DNA of 64,000 nucleotides from an uncultured Alphaproteobacteria bacterium (GTDB lineage Bacteria; Pseudomonadota; Alphaproteobacteria; JAPULJ01), in assembly GCA_964494065.1 (NCBI GenBank), contig CAZBRE010000004.1, forward strand, positions 911-64,910, given 5' to 3'. Made by a program: the position numbers and the translations under genes. How positions within the stretch are numbered: position 1 is the first letter of the stretch; every line of letters starts with the position of its first letter. The notes beneath the pieces are model-generated. The model did no database searches and was not told the origin of the DNA. It worked only from the letters and a program-made list of their open reading frames with translations. Below, piece after piece: positions 40,685-50,564 of this stretch.

Positions 40685-43012
40685 TCACGCCTTCAACTGG
40701 TCGCCAATCGGCAGGTTGCGGATCCGCTTGCCGCTGGCGTTGAAGATCGCGTTGGTGAGCGCCGGGATGAAGGGCGGCACCATCGGCTCGCCGATCCCGG
40801 TCGCGTGCACCGAGAAGGGATGCTCCACGACATGGGCGTGCACCCGACGCGGATAGTTGCTCGAGCGCACCATCCGGTAGTCGTGGAAGTTGCTCTGCGT
40901 CACCGCTCCGTTCTCGTAGTTGATGCCGCTATAGAGCGCCGCCGTCATGGCGAAGACGCAGGCGCCCTGGACCTGCGAGCGCACCCGCTCGGGGTTGGCC
41001 ACGAAGCCGCAATCGACGGCGACATGAACCTCGGGCACGGAGAGATTGCCCGTGTCGTCGACCTTCGCCCGCACCACCGTCGCGACATAGGTCACGAAGC
41101 TGCGGTGCCCGGCGATGCCGAGAGCCTCACCCTTGGGCAGCTGCTTGCCCCATCCGGCCTTTGAGGCCGCGAGCTCGATCACGTTGCGCAAGCGCCCCGT
41201 GTCGAACGGGAACTCGTCATAGGGCTCGCCGTGGTTCCACATCGGCTTCTTGAGCCCCATGGCCTTGTAGTCGAGCTTGCGCGGCGGGCCGAGCAGCTCG
41301 AGCAGCACCTCCTTCTGGTCGCGGCCGAGCTCGGCGGCGAGCTCCGCTGCGATCGACTGCACCGCAAAGGCCCGCCCGATGTGCGAGACCGAGCGGAACC
41401 AGCCGACCCGGGTATGCGCGAGCGCCTTGCACTGCTCGGCGCGCACATTGGCGATGTCGAACGGCATATCCTCCAATCCCATACCGATTTCGATCGGGTG
41501 CTGCACGCCCTTGTCGGGCACGAAGGTCGAGAGGAACGACGGCTGGGCGCTCCGATGCCGCCAGGCGATCGGCTTGTTCTTGGCGTCCAGGCCGATGTCG
41601 ATCCGCTCCACCGTGGTCGTGTGGTGGAAGCTGTGGCGGATGTCGTCCTCGCGGGTCCACTGCACGCGCACCGGCGCGCCGACGAGCTTGGACAGGAACG
41701 CCGCCTCGGTGGCGAAGTCCCCCTTCGACTTGCGGCCGAAGCCGCCGCCCAACAGCGTCACGTTCACCCTCACCGCGTCGGGCTTGATGCCGAGATAGGC
41801 TGCCGTGTCGGTGCGCACCGCATAGGGGCTCTGCACCGGCCCCCAGATCTCGCAGCGGCCGTCCTTGAAGCTGGCGATCGCCGCCGGCGGCTCCATCGGC
41901 GCGTGGACCATATGCGGCTGGTAGTACTCGCGCGTGAAGACCTTGGCGGCCCCCTTGAGCGCCTTCTCCGCATCGCCCTGGTTGCGCACCGGCGTGCCCG
42001 CCGCGCGGGCCGAGGCCCGAAGCGACTTCTCGTAGGCGGACGTGTTGTACGTGCCGTTCGGGCCCGGATTCCAATCGATCTTGAGCGCATCACGGCCCTG
42101 GATCGCCGCCCAGGTGCTGTTCGCGACCACCGCCACGCCGCCGAGCGGCTTGAACTTCGAGCCGAGCCCGGTCGTCGGGATGACCTCGACCCGTTCGACC
42201 CCGGGCACCTTGAGGGCCGCAGCCTTGTTGACCTTCTTGATTGTGCCGCCGACCACGGGCGGACGCGCGATCACGGCATACTTCATGCCGGGCAGGCGCA
42301 CATCGGCGCCGTAGGTCGCTTTGCCGGTGGTGATGTCGTGCAGGTCGACGATCCGCACCGTGCCCTTGCCGATATAGCGGAACTCGCTTTCCTTCTTGTG
42401 GCGCAGGCTCTCGCGCGCAGGCGCGGGCAGGCCCATCGCCACCTTGGCGAGCCGGCCGTAGCCGACACGGACGCCGAGCGACTTGTGCACGACCTCGTGG
42501 TTGATCGCCTGCACCTCGCTCACGTCGGTCTTCCACAGCTTCGCCGCGGCCTGCTCGAGCATGAGGCGCACCGAGGCGCCGATGTCGCGCGCCGGCTGGA
42601 TGTGGTGGCGCAGGCTGCGCGAGCCGTCGGTGTCCTGGTTGCCGTATTTGGGCTCGTCGCCCTCGGCCTGGACGACCTTCACGCGGCTCCAGTCCGCTTC
42701 CATCTCGTCGGCGATCACCATCGGGATCGAAGTGCGCGAGCCCGTGCCCATCTCCGAGCGGTGGGCGACGATGGTCACCGTGCCGTCGGGATCGATCGAG
42801 ACGAAGACGTGCGGCTTGGCGACGATGCCGTGCGGCATGTCTAGGCCGCCGTGCTTGTAGGTCTTATAGGCGTGCGCGGGCACGACCTGCATGGCGACGA
42901 CGAAGGCTGCCGTGCCGGCGAGGAACGACCGGCGGCTCACATTCTCGCAGACGGCTTGCCCGAGCTGCGGAATGGGCGTGCTCGAGAGCTGCTCATTGAG
43001 ATAATGCAACAT
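40685..43012 (-). CDS. Molybdopterin-dependent aldehyde/isoquinoline oxidoreductase large subunit (IorB-like)
   Basis: Tat-like RRSFLAG N-terminus. Xanthine-dehydrogenase-family Mo-binding domains. Confidence 0.85.
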   Translation of the reverse strand: MLHYLNEQLSSTPIPQLGQAVCENVSRRSFLAGTAAFVVAMQVVPAHAYKTYKHGGLDMPHGIVAKPHVFVSIDPDGTVTIVAHRSEMGTGSRTSIPMVIADEMEADWSRVKVVQAEGDEPKYGNQDTDGSRSLRHHIQPARDIGASVRLMLEQAAAKLWKTDVSEVQAINHEVVHKSLGVRVGYGRLAKVAMGLPAPARESLRHKKESEFRYIGKGTVRIVDLHDITTGKATYGADVRLPGMKYAVIARPPVVGGTIKKVNKAAALKVPGVERVEVIPTTGLGSKFKPLGGVAVVANSTWAAIQGRDALKIDWNPGPNGTYNTSAYEKSLRASARAAGTPVRNQGDAEKALKGAAKVFTREYYQPHMVHAPMEPPAAIASFKDGRCEIWGPVQSPYAVRTDTAAYLGIKPDAVRVNVTLLGGGFGRKSKGDFATEAAFLSKLVGAPVRVQWTREDDIRHSFHHTTTVERIDIGLDAKNKPIAWRHRSAQPSFLSTFVPDKGVQHPIEIGMGLEDMPFDIANVRAEQCKALAHTRVGWFRSVSHIGRAFAVQSIAAELAAELGRDQKEVLLELLGPPRKLDYKAMGLKKPMWNHGEPYDEFPFDTGRLRNVIELAASKAGWGKQLPKGEALGIAGHRSFVTYVATVVRAKVDDTGNLSVPEVHVAVDCGFVANPERVRSQVQGACVFAMTAALYSGINYENGAVTQSNFHDYRMVRSSNYPRRVHAHVVEHPFSVHATGIGEPMVPPFIPALTNAIFNASGKRIRNLPIGDQLKA

Positions 43013-43016
43013 GGCC

Positions 43017-43469
43017 TCATGCTCCCGTCGAGGCGTGCCGGACGGCCGCCACGATCCGCTGGTAACAGCCGCAGCGGCAGATGTTGCCCTGCATGCCGTT
43101 GAGGATTTGCTGGTCCGATGGTTTCGGGTTCGCCGCCAGCAAGGCGGAGGCCTGCATGATCTGGCCGGCCTGGCAGAAGCCGCATTGCGGCACGTTGAGC
43201 TCGCGCCAGGCGATCTGGACCGGGTGGTTGCCGTCCTTCGACAGCCCTTCGATCGTGGTCACCGACTTGCCGGCGGCTTCGCTCACCGTCGTCAGGCAGC
43301 CCTTCACCGCCTTGCCGTCGACCTGCACCGTGCAGGCGCCGCACAGCCCCGTGCCGCAGCCGTATTTCGTGCCGGTCAAACCAAGCTCGTCGCGCACATA
43401 CCACAAGAGCGGCATGTTCGGATCGCCGTCGAACTTTCGTTCGACGCCATTCACTTTGAGTGTCGCCAA
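43017..43469 (-). CDS. (2Fe-2S)-binding small subunit (IorA-like)
   Basis: [11 protein letters not shown] and CGFCQ...CRCGCY cluster motifs. Confidence 0.85.
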   Translation of the reverse strand: MATLKVNGVERKFDGDPNMPLLWYVRDELGLTGTKYGCGTGLCGACTVQVDGKAVKGCLTTVSEAAGKSVTTIEGLSKDGNHPVQIAWRELNVPQCGFCQAGQIMQASALLAANPKPSDQQILNGMQGNICRCGCYQRIVAAVRHASTGA

Positions 43470-43994
43470 GGGGACCTCCCTAGTTGTCGCGCCGTTTGCC
43501 CGGCCCGAATTTCTGTGCTTGTCGCCGACGCCGACTCTCCACGCGTGCGGCCTCAGTCAAGCGGTCTTGACGAGGGGTCGGCCCGTTCACTTTGAAATCG
43601 AAGACAAAAGCGCCGCCTGCGCCGGCCTTCCGCCCCTCGCCGTCCAACAACCAGAGCAAGAAACCGCAGCGCTATTCGAAAACACTATCATCGCGCCGAA
43701 TCGCGAGCCATTTGAAAACGGGATTTGCCAGGTAAAACTGATATGCGTTTCACCACTACTGGCAAAAGTGAACGTCGTCGGCCGAATCCATTTGTTGTCA
43801 TGAACAACATTGCGCGCGCCCAACGCACAACGCTGAGACGAAAATCAAAAACCGCCCAACGTTTTGTTGCGCTTCTGGTTGGCCCGCTTCGCTGCGCTCG
43901 CTAGACTGCGCGTCGTCGCCTAAGTCTCATAAGACGCATAAGTTTCAGGGGTGCGGTCTCGTAGGCGCGCACAGTTCAGCCAGCAGGAGCGGCC

Positions 43995-44552
43995 ATGTGG
44001 ATCTGGGTGGTGATCGGAGTTGTCGTTCTTCTCGTCGTCGCCGTCATCTGGATCTTCAACAAGTTCGTCCGTCTGCGCGCGATGTCGCGCGAGGGCTGGA
44101 GCGGGATCGATGTGCAGCTGAAGCGCCGCTACGACCTCGTCCCCAACCTCGTCGAGACCGTCAAGGGCTACAAGATCTACGAGCAGGACGTGCTGACACG
44201 CATCGTCAAGCTGCGCGGCGAGGCGGGCAAGGAAAGCCATCCCGAGGCGCGCGGAGCGATCGAGGGTGATCTGGCGCAGAATATCGGCCGGCTCTTCGCA
44301 GTGGCGGAAAATTATCCTGACCTCAAGGCGAGCAAGGTCTTTCTCGATCTTCAGGAAAAGCTAACCGAGGTCGAGGATCATCTGCAGTATGCGCGGCGCT
44401 ACTACAACGGCACCGTGCGCAACCTCAACATCTACGTCCAATCGTTTCCGAGCAATCTGATCGCCACGATATTCGGCTTCAAACGCGCGGAATACTTCCA
44501 GCTCGATGCACCGGAAGAAGGTGCTGCGCCCGAGATAAAGCTGGCGAGCTGA
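43995..44552 (+). CDS. LemA family protein
   Basis: N-terminal TM helix, then LemA core (RRYDLVPNLVETVKGY...NYPDLKAS...ARRYYNG). Confidence 0.8.
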   Translation: MWIWVVIGVVVLLVVAVIWIFNKFVRLRAMSREGWSGIDVQLKRRYDLVPNLVETVKGYKIYEQDVLTRIVKLRGEAGKESHPEARGAIEGDLAQNIGRLFAVAENYPDLKASKVFLDLQEKLTEVEDHLQYARRYYNGTVRNLNIYVQSFPSNLIATIFGFKRAEYFQLDAPEEGAAPEIKLAS

Positions 44553-44572
44553 CGATCCCCGCATACAGGACT

Positions 44573-45337
44573 ATGCGCATGGTTCAGCGCCTTCTTTTTT
44601 CGCCCCGCTGGCTCTTGTGCCTTGCCGGAGCCCTCGCGATCGCCAACGCTGCCTTCGCCCAGTCGGCGGGAGCGGGCGAGAGCGGTGACAGCCAGGGCAC
44701 CACAGGCCGGAACCGCGCCGACGAGCGCATACTCGATTTCGTCTGCCGCTTCGAGATCGCCAGCGACGACAGCGTGGTGATCACCGATACGATACGCGTG
44801 GTCGCCGCGGGCAAACAGATCAGGCGCGGGATCTACCGCGATCTGCCCCTGCGCCAGGACAACCAACATGGCGGCTGGAGACGCGTCGACGTCAAGGTTC
44901 TCGAGATAAAGCGCGACGGCAAGCCCGACGCCAACCACGCCGTGATCCGCGGCAACTTCATGCGGCTCTATGTCGGGCGCAAGGACTATTTCCTGCCGCA
45001 CGGGGTCCACACCTACACGATCAAATACCGCTTGAGCCCGTGGGTCCTGCCGCATGCCGACAATCACATGGTCCTTTGGGAGGCGACCGCCGCGAGCTGG
45101 CCGTTCCCGATCGAGCAGGCGAGCGCTACCGTTGTCTCGCCGCCGGGCACGCGCCTACTCGGTGGCAGCGGCGATACCGGCGCGCCGGGCAGGCGCACCG
45201 CGAACTATACCATGCGCCTAACCGGGCCGCGCACGATGAGCTTCCGCGCTACCAAACCTTTGCGTCCGGGGGAGCGTCTTCTCTTTGTGGTGGGCTTCAC
45301 CAAGCACCCCTCCCGCATTCCGGCTTGGCGCAAATAG
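44573..45337 (+). CDS. DUF2207 N-terminal-domain-only protein (truncated paralog of the next gene)
   Basis: Signal peptide. Clear similarity to residues ~90-330 of the downstream DUF2207 protein (IRVVAAGKQIRRGIYRDLPL, IEQASATVV). Ends before the TM region. Confidence 0.6.
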   Translation: MRMVQRLLFSPRWLLCLAGALAIANAAFAQSAGAGESGDSQGTTGRNRADERILDFVCRFEIASDDSVVITDTIRVVAAGKQIRRGIYRDLPLRQDNQHGGWRRVDVKVLEIKRDGKPDANHAVIRGNFMRLYVGRKDYFLPHGVHTYTIKYRLSPWVLPHADNHMVLWEATAASWPFPIEQASATVVSPPGTRLLGGSGDTGAPGRRTANYTMRLTGPRTMSFRATKPLRPGERLLFVVGFTKHPSRIPAWRK

Positions 45338-45369
45338 CCCCGACGATCCCCAGACACAGGACACAGCGC

Positions 45370-47433
45370 ATGACTCAGCGCCACATCGCACCATTCGGCT
45401 GGCTCCTCTGCCTTGCAGGATTTCTCATGTTTGCCACCGCGGCGCTCGCCCAATCGAGCATGGAGGAGGGCGGCGGCGACCGCGGCAGTGGCGTCGACCG
45501 TGGAAGCGGCAGCAGCGGGGGCGGCGGCGCGGAAAGCGAGGGCGGTGGCTTCGGAAGCGGCGGGGCCGCACGTGGTGGCGGGGCATCGCGGCCCGTCACC
45601 AACCTCTCCTACGAGCGCATCGTCAACTACGACAGCCGCGTCGAGGTGAAGAAGGATGCGAGCGTGATCGTCACCGAGACGATCCGCGTGGTCGCGCTCG
45701 GCCGGCAGATCAGGCGCGGCATCTACCGCGACCTGCCGTTACGCTACCGTACGCCCAACGGCGCGCGCATGACGGTCGGCTTCAAGATTCTTGAAATAAA
45801 AAGAGACGGAAAAACAGAGGCTTACCATACGGAGAGCCGCTCGAACGGCATCCGCATCTATGTCGGCCGAAAGAGCTATTTCCTGCCGCGCGGCGTCTAC
45901 ACCTACACCATCAAATACCGGATGAGCCGCATTGTCGGCTTCTTTGACGGCTACGACGAGATCTACTGGAACGTGACCGGCAACGGCTGGGTCTTCGCGA
46001 TCGAGCAGGCGAGCGCCACGGTCGTGCTGCCCGCGGGCGCCAGCGTTCGCCAAAGCATCGCCTATACCGGCCCCCAGGGCGCGCGCGGCACGGCGTATTC
46101 CAAAAGCCCGGGCGGCGCGGGCGAAATGGTGTTCCGCACGACCCGGCGCTTGCGCGCCCGCGAAGGGCTGTCGGTCGCGGTCGGCTTCACCAAAGGTATC
46201 GTGGTCCCGCCCTCGAGCACGGAGAAGATGGGCTGGTTCCTCGCCGACAACGCGCCGGCGATCCTCGGCTTCGTCGGCCTCGTCGTGCTCGGGATCTTCT
46301 ATCTGTTCGCCTGGATCCGGGTCGGCCGCGATCCGGCCAAGGGCGCCATCATCCCCTTGTACGAGCCGCCCAAGGGCATCTCGCCCGCCGCCGCGCGCTT
46401 CATCCGCCGCATGGGCTTCGACAACAAGGCCTTCGCCGCCGCCGTCGTCAACATGGCGGTCAAGGGCTATCTCACCATCAGCGAGGACAAGAAAAAGAAG
46501 TTCACGCTCGAGCGCATCGACGAGGACAAGTCGAAGCTGTCACAGGGCGAGCGCGATATCGCCAAGAAGCTCTTCCGTTCGAAGGCGAAGATCAAGCTCG
46601 AGCAGTCGAACCACTCCAAGATCAGCGGCGCGCTGAACGAGCTCAAGGCCTATCTCCGCCTGGAATTCGAGAAGGCCTACTTCCTCACCAACCGCGGCTA
46701 TGTCTTCGCCGGGCTCGGCATCACCATCGTTGCCGTTCTCGTCGCCCTGGTGACGGCAGACGAAGCCGTCGGGGCGGTCTTCATCGGCATCTGGCTCAGC
46801 GTCTGGACGATGGGGGTCTTCTTCCTCGGCATGCAGGTCTGGAAGTCCTGGACCTCGGGCAGCTATGCGATGGGCGTCGTCATGACGCTTTTCTTCATTC
46901 CCTTCTTCGGCGGCGAGGTCGCGGGCGCCATCGGGCTCGGTGCGATCATCGACTGGCTGGGCGTCGTCATGATCCTGGCGATGGGTTTCGTGAACGCGCT
47001 GTTCTTCCACCTGATGCGCGCGCCGACGCTCATGGGGCGCAAGGTGATGGATCAGCTCGAAGGCTTCCGGATGTATCTTTCGGTCGCCGAGAAGGACCGC
47101 ATGAACCTGATGAACCCGCCGGCCGAAACGCCCGAGCTCTTCGAGAAGTTCCTCCCCTACGCGCTGGCGCTCGACGTCGAGCAGAAATGGAGCGAGCGCT
47201 TCGCCGATGTGCTGAAGGCCGCGCGCATGGCCGACGGCACGCCCTATCATCCCTACTGGTATCACGGCACGGCCTGGTCGACGCTGGGCGCGACGGGGCT
47301 CGCGAGCGGCCTGGGGGGCGCCTTCAGCAGCGCCATTTCCTCCTCCTCGACGGCACCGGGCTCCTCTTCGGGGTCGGGCGGCGGCGGCTTTTCCGGCGGC
47401 GGTGGTGGCGGCGGCGGTGGCGGCGGCTGGTGA
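45370..47433 (+). CDS. DUF2207 domain-containing membrane protein
   Basis: Signal peptide, extracytoplasmic DUF2207 domain, multi-TM C-terminal region, and a poly-Gly C-terminal tail. Confidence 0.75.
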   Translation: MTQRHIAPFGWLLCLAGFLMFATAALAQSSMEEGGGDRGSGVDRGSGSSGGGGAESEGGGFGSGGAARGGGASRPVTNLSYERIVNYDSRVEVKKDASVIVTETIRVVALGRQIRRGIYRDLPLRYRTPNGARMTVGFKILEIKRDGKTEAYHTESRSNGIRIYVGRKSYFLPRGVYTYTIKYRMSRIVGFFDGYDEIYWNVTGNGWVFAIEQASATVVLPAGASVRQSIAYTGPQGARGTAYSKSPGGAGEMVFRTTRRLRAREGLSVAVGFTKGIVVPPSSTEKMGWFLADNAPAILGFVGLVVLGIFYLFAWIRVGRDPAKGAIIPLYEPPKGISPAAARFIRRMGFDNKAFAAAVVNMAVKGYLTISEDKKKKFTLERIDEDKSKLSQGERDIAKKLFRSKAKIKLEQSNHSKISGALNELKAYLRLEFEKAYFLTNRGYVFAGLGITIVAVLVALVTADEAVGAVFIGIWLSVWTMGVFFLGMQVWKSWTSGSYAMGVVMTLFFIPFFGGEVAGAIGLGAIIDWLGVVMILAMGFVNALFFHLMRAPTLMGRKVMDQLEGFRMYLSVAEKDRMNLMNPPAETPELFEKFLPYALALDVEQKWSERFADVLKAARMADGTPYHPYWYHGTAWSTLGATGLASGLGGAFSSAISSSSTAPGSSSGSGGGGFSGGGGGGGGGGGW

Positions 47434-47487
47434 TCGTGCGCGTCGGAACCGGAAACTATTCCGCCATTCGGCGCGTATAACCTCATC

Positions 47488-48330
47488 ATGAACCAGCTCG
47501 CCCGCACACTCCTTCTGCTGCCCGCCCTGGCGCTGCTCGCCTTGCCGGCCGCCGCGCGTGGCCCGCGCGACGTCGCCTACGGCCCCGATCCCCGGCACAA
47601 GCTCGACCTCTATCTTCCGGACGGCGCGGGCCCGGACGCCAAGCCGCGCAAGACCTTGATCTTCATCCATGGCGGCGGCTGGCGGCGCGGCAACAAGGAC
47701 CGCTACGGCTTCGTCGGCCGCGCCTTCGCCGACGCCGGCTATGTGGTGGTGCTGATCAACTACCGGCTCTATCCGCGGGCGCGCTTTCCGGGCTTCGTCG
47801 AGGACGCCGCGCGCGCTGTCGCCTGGGTGCGCGAGAACGTGCGCCGCCACGGCGGCGACCCCGAGCATATCTACCTGATGGGGCATTCGGCGGGCGCGCA
47901 TATCGCGGCCTTGCTGGCGCTCGACCCCGGCTATCTCCAGGCCGCCGGCGTGCCGCGCAGCAGCATCGGCGGCATGATCGGCCTCGCCGGACCTTACGTT
48001 TTTCACCCCGAGCAGCTACCGCGCCTGGCCAAGATCTTCGCCGCGCATCCGGCGCGCAACGCCCGGCCGGTCGTCTTCGCCGAGAATGGCGCGGCCACGA
48101 CCAATGGGGGCGGTCCACCGCTGCTCTTGCTGTCGGCCGGGCTCGACACGGTCGTGGGCGCGCGCAACGGGCCCGGCCTCGCCGAGGCCTATCGCCGCGC
48201 CGGCGGCCGCGCCACCGCGCGCAGCTATCCCGGCATCGGGCACGGTCAGATCGTGATCGCGATCTCGAAGTTCTTCCACGGCCTGGCGCCGGTGCTCGAC
48301 GACACGGTGCGGTTTATCGGCAAGCCCTGA
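47488..48330 (+). CDS. Secreted alpha/beta hydrolase (esterase/lipase family)
   Basis: Signal peptide. HGGGW oxyanion motif and GHSAGA nucleophile elbow. Confidence 0.8.
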   Translation: MNQLARTLLLLPALALLALPAAARGPRDVAYGPDPRHKLDLYLPDGAGPDAKPRKTLIFIHGGGWRRGNKDRYGFVGRAFADAGYVVVLINYRLYPRARFPGFVEDAARAVAWVRENVRRHGGDPEHIYLMGHSAGAHIAALLALDPGYLQAAGVPRSSIGGMIGLAGPYVFHPEQLPRLAKIFAAHPARNARPVVFAENGAATTNGGGPPLLLLSAGLDTVVGARNGPGLAEAYRRAGGRATARSYPGIGHGQIVIAISKFFHGLAPVLDDTVRFIGKP

Positions 48331-48582
48331 GGTCGGGCCGAACGGTTTTCGAACAACAACCGGAAATCGCCGGGCTGTCTCAGCTGTCCCACCGCCGCTG
48401 TCTCATCTGTCCCGCTTTTTCGTCCCAACCGTCTCAACTGTCCCATTCGCCAGGCGAAGACGCGGACGCGCCGACCTCAACCTTCAATTGACTCCCCGTT
48501 TCGCGTTGCCCTAGCGTTTGATCGGGCGAAGACGACGCGCAACGGCAATCCGCACAAGCGGACTCACTCCTGGGAGGAAACG

Positions 48583-50046
48583 ATGATGTCGGCACGGTTC
48601 TGGTCGGTTCGTTCAATCGGTGTTGCCTTGGCGCTCGGCGTCGCGTCGCTCATGCCGGCGGCGCAGGGCCAGGCGGCGGAGAGCGCCGAGGCGCGCTGCG
48701 TCGGCTTGCGCAATCTCCAGATCGATGCGGGCTTCGTGACGTCGGCGCGGGTCAACCGCGGCGACAAGGGCCTGCCCGCCTATTGCCAGGTGCGCGCGAT
48801 TGCATTGCCGGCGATCTCGATCGAGGTGCGGCTGCCGCTCACCGGCTGGAACGGCAAGCTCTACCAGGTCGGCTGCGGCGGCTTTTGCGGCATCCTCGCC
48901 CGCGGCGACAAGTCCAAGGGCTTCATCAACGCGATGGGGCCGGGCTTGAAGAAGGGCTATGCCACCGCTGCCTCCGACAGCGGCCATCACGGCATGAGCG
49001 TGGTCGACGCATCCTGGGCCGATCACAATCCGGTCGGCGAGCGCGATTGGGGTTGGCGCTCGATCGGCGAGACCAACCGCGTGGCCAAGGCGCTGATCGC
49101 CGCCTTCTATAACGGCAAGCCCAGCCGCGCCTATTTCCAGGGCTGCTCGACCGGCGGCCGGATGGCGCATATGGCCTCGCTCAAATATCCGACCATGTTC
49201 ACCGGCATCATCTCCGGCGCGCCGGCGATGGACTATACCGGGCTCGTCGCCACCAGCATGGCCTGGCTGGTCCAGGCCAACACCGATGCGCAGGGCAAGG
49301 CGATCCTAAAACCCGGCAAGGACAAGCTGATCGGCGACGAGGTGATGCGCCAATGCGATGCGGTCGACGGCAAGCGCGACGGCGTCATCCAGGATCCGCG
49401 CAAATGCAAGGTCGATCTCGCAAAACTCCAGTGCAAGGCCGGCGCGGACAGTGCCAAATGCCTGACCACGGCCGAGCTCGGCGTCGTCGCGAAATGGCGG
49501 CAGGGCGCGCGCGATTCCAAGGGCACGCCGCTCTTCGCCGGACAGATCCCCGAAGGCTCGGAGCGCTTCTGGTGGCTATGGCTCACCGGCAAGAAGGGCG
49601 GCGGCGGCAAGCTGATCCCGATCTTCGGGCAGAACTTCCTCGCCTACATGGCCTTCGCCGACGATCCGGGGCCGAGCTTTACGGCCGCCAAGTTCAACTT
49701 CGACACCGACCCGCCGAAGCTCAAAGCCATGGCCAAGGTCTACAATTCCGACAATCCGGACATCTCGAAGTTCCGCAAGGCCGGCGGCAAGATGATCGTC
49801 TGGCACGGCTGGGCCGACGCCATCGTGCCGCCCTACAAGACGCTGCAATGGTACGAGCAGGTGCAGGCGAAGATGGGTGGCGCGGAGAAGACCAAGGCCT
49901 TCGTGCGGCTCTTCATGATCCCCGGCATGGATCACTGCGGGCTGCTCAAGGGCGCGAACGGCGTCAACCAGCACAGCATCGACCCGCTGAGCGCGCTCGA
50001 GCAATGGGTGGAGAAGGGCAAGGCGCCGCAAACGATTATGAAGTAA
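48583..50046 (+). CDS. Tannase/feruloyl esterase family protein
   Basis: Signal peptide. GCSTGG nucleophile motif with a cysteine-rich lid, typical of the tannase/feruloyl-esterase family. Confidence 0.8.
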   Translation: MMSARFWSVRSIGVALALGVASLMPAAQGQAAESAEARCVGLRNLQIDAGFVTSARVNRGDKGLPAYCQVRAIALPAISIEVRLPLTGWNGKLYQVGCGGFCGILARGDKSKGFINAMGPGLKKGYATAASDSGHHGMSVVDASWADHNPVGERDWGWRSIGETNRVAKALIAAFYNGKPSRAYFQGCSTGGRMAHMASLKYPTMFTGIISGAPAMDYTGLVATSMAWLVQANTDAQGKAILKPGKDKLIGDEVMRQCDAVDGKRDGVIQDPRKCKVDLAKLQCKAGADSAKCLTTAELGVVAKWRQGARDSKGTPLFAGQIPEGSERFWWLWLTGKKGGGGKLIPIFGQNFLAYMAFADDPGPSFTAAKFNFDTDPPKLKAMAKVYNSDNPDISKFRKAGGKMIVWHGWADAIVPPYKTLQWYEQVQAKMGGAEKTKAFVRLFMIPGMDHCGLLKGANGVNQHSIDPLSALEQWVEKGKAPQTIMK

Positions 50047-50145
50047 GGGCGGGCGGCGCAGCGTAGCCCCCACGAAAAGGAACGGCCGCCCGCGGATACC
50101 ATGCCACGGGCGGCCGAAGGCGCGCTTAGGGGACCACAGCGCGCG

Positions 50146-50553
50146 CTATTGCCAGGCGCGGGCAGCGGAGCTGCGGCCGATCACCTCGTCGATCAGCCCG
50201 TCGAGCGCTTCGCGTTGCGCCGCGTCGAGTGTGCGGTAGAGCGCCTCAAGGGCCGGTCGTAGCCGGCGGACCGCCGCCGAGACGACGTCGGCGACGTCAG
50301 CAAGACGGTCGAAGCGGGCGATCGTGCCGTCGTCGGAGCGGTCGAGCTCGACCCAGGCGATCTGCATCGCCTCGACGCAATCGTGGACCGTCCCGGTCAG
50401 ATACTCCCAGGGCTCGTGCTGATCGCCGTCGATGGCGAGGTAGCGCTCGGCCAGGGCGATCAGCGCTTCGATCCGCTCCGGGCCAGTTGGCGGCGTGGCA
50501 CGGCTGCGGCGGTCATGCCCGTGACATCCGAACCCGGGTTCGAGGTCCAACAT
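50146..50553 (-). CDS. Small LTXXQ-motif protein (Spy/CpxP-family paralog, no signal peptide)
   Basis: GAGGGAGG RBS 6 nt before ATG 50553. C-terminus LDAAQREALDGLIDEV parallels the upstream gene. Confidence 0.45.
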   Translation of the reverse strand: MLDLEPGFGCHGHDRRSRATPPTGPERIEALIALAERYLAIDGDQHEPWEYLTGTVHDCVEAMQIAWVELDRSDDGTIARFDRLADVADVVSAAVRRLRPALEALYRTLDAAQREALDGLIDEVIGRSSAARAWQ

Positions 50554-50564
50554 CCCGGCCTCCC

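Noticed and set aside
50528-50548. tRNA T-arm-like string CGGGTTCGAGGTCC
   Set aside because: Lies inside coding sequence, is not an exact GGTTCGA.TCC match, and has no acceptor or anticodon structure around it. No tRNA genes were recognisable anywhere in the window.
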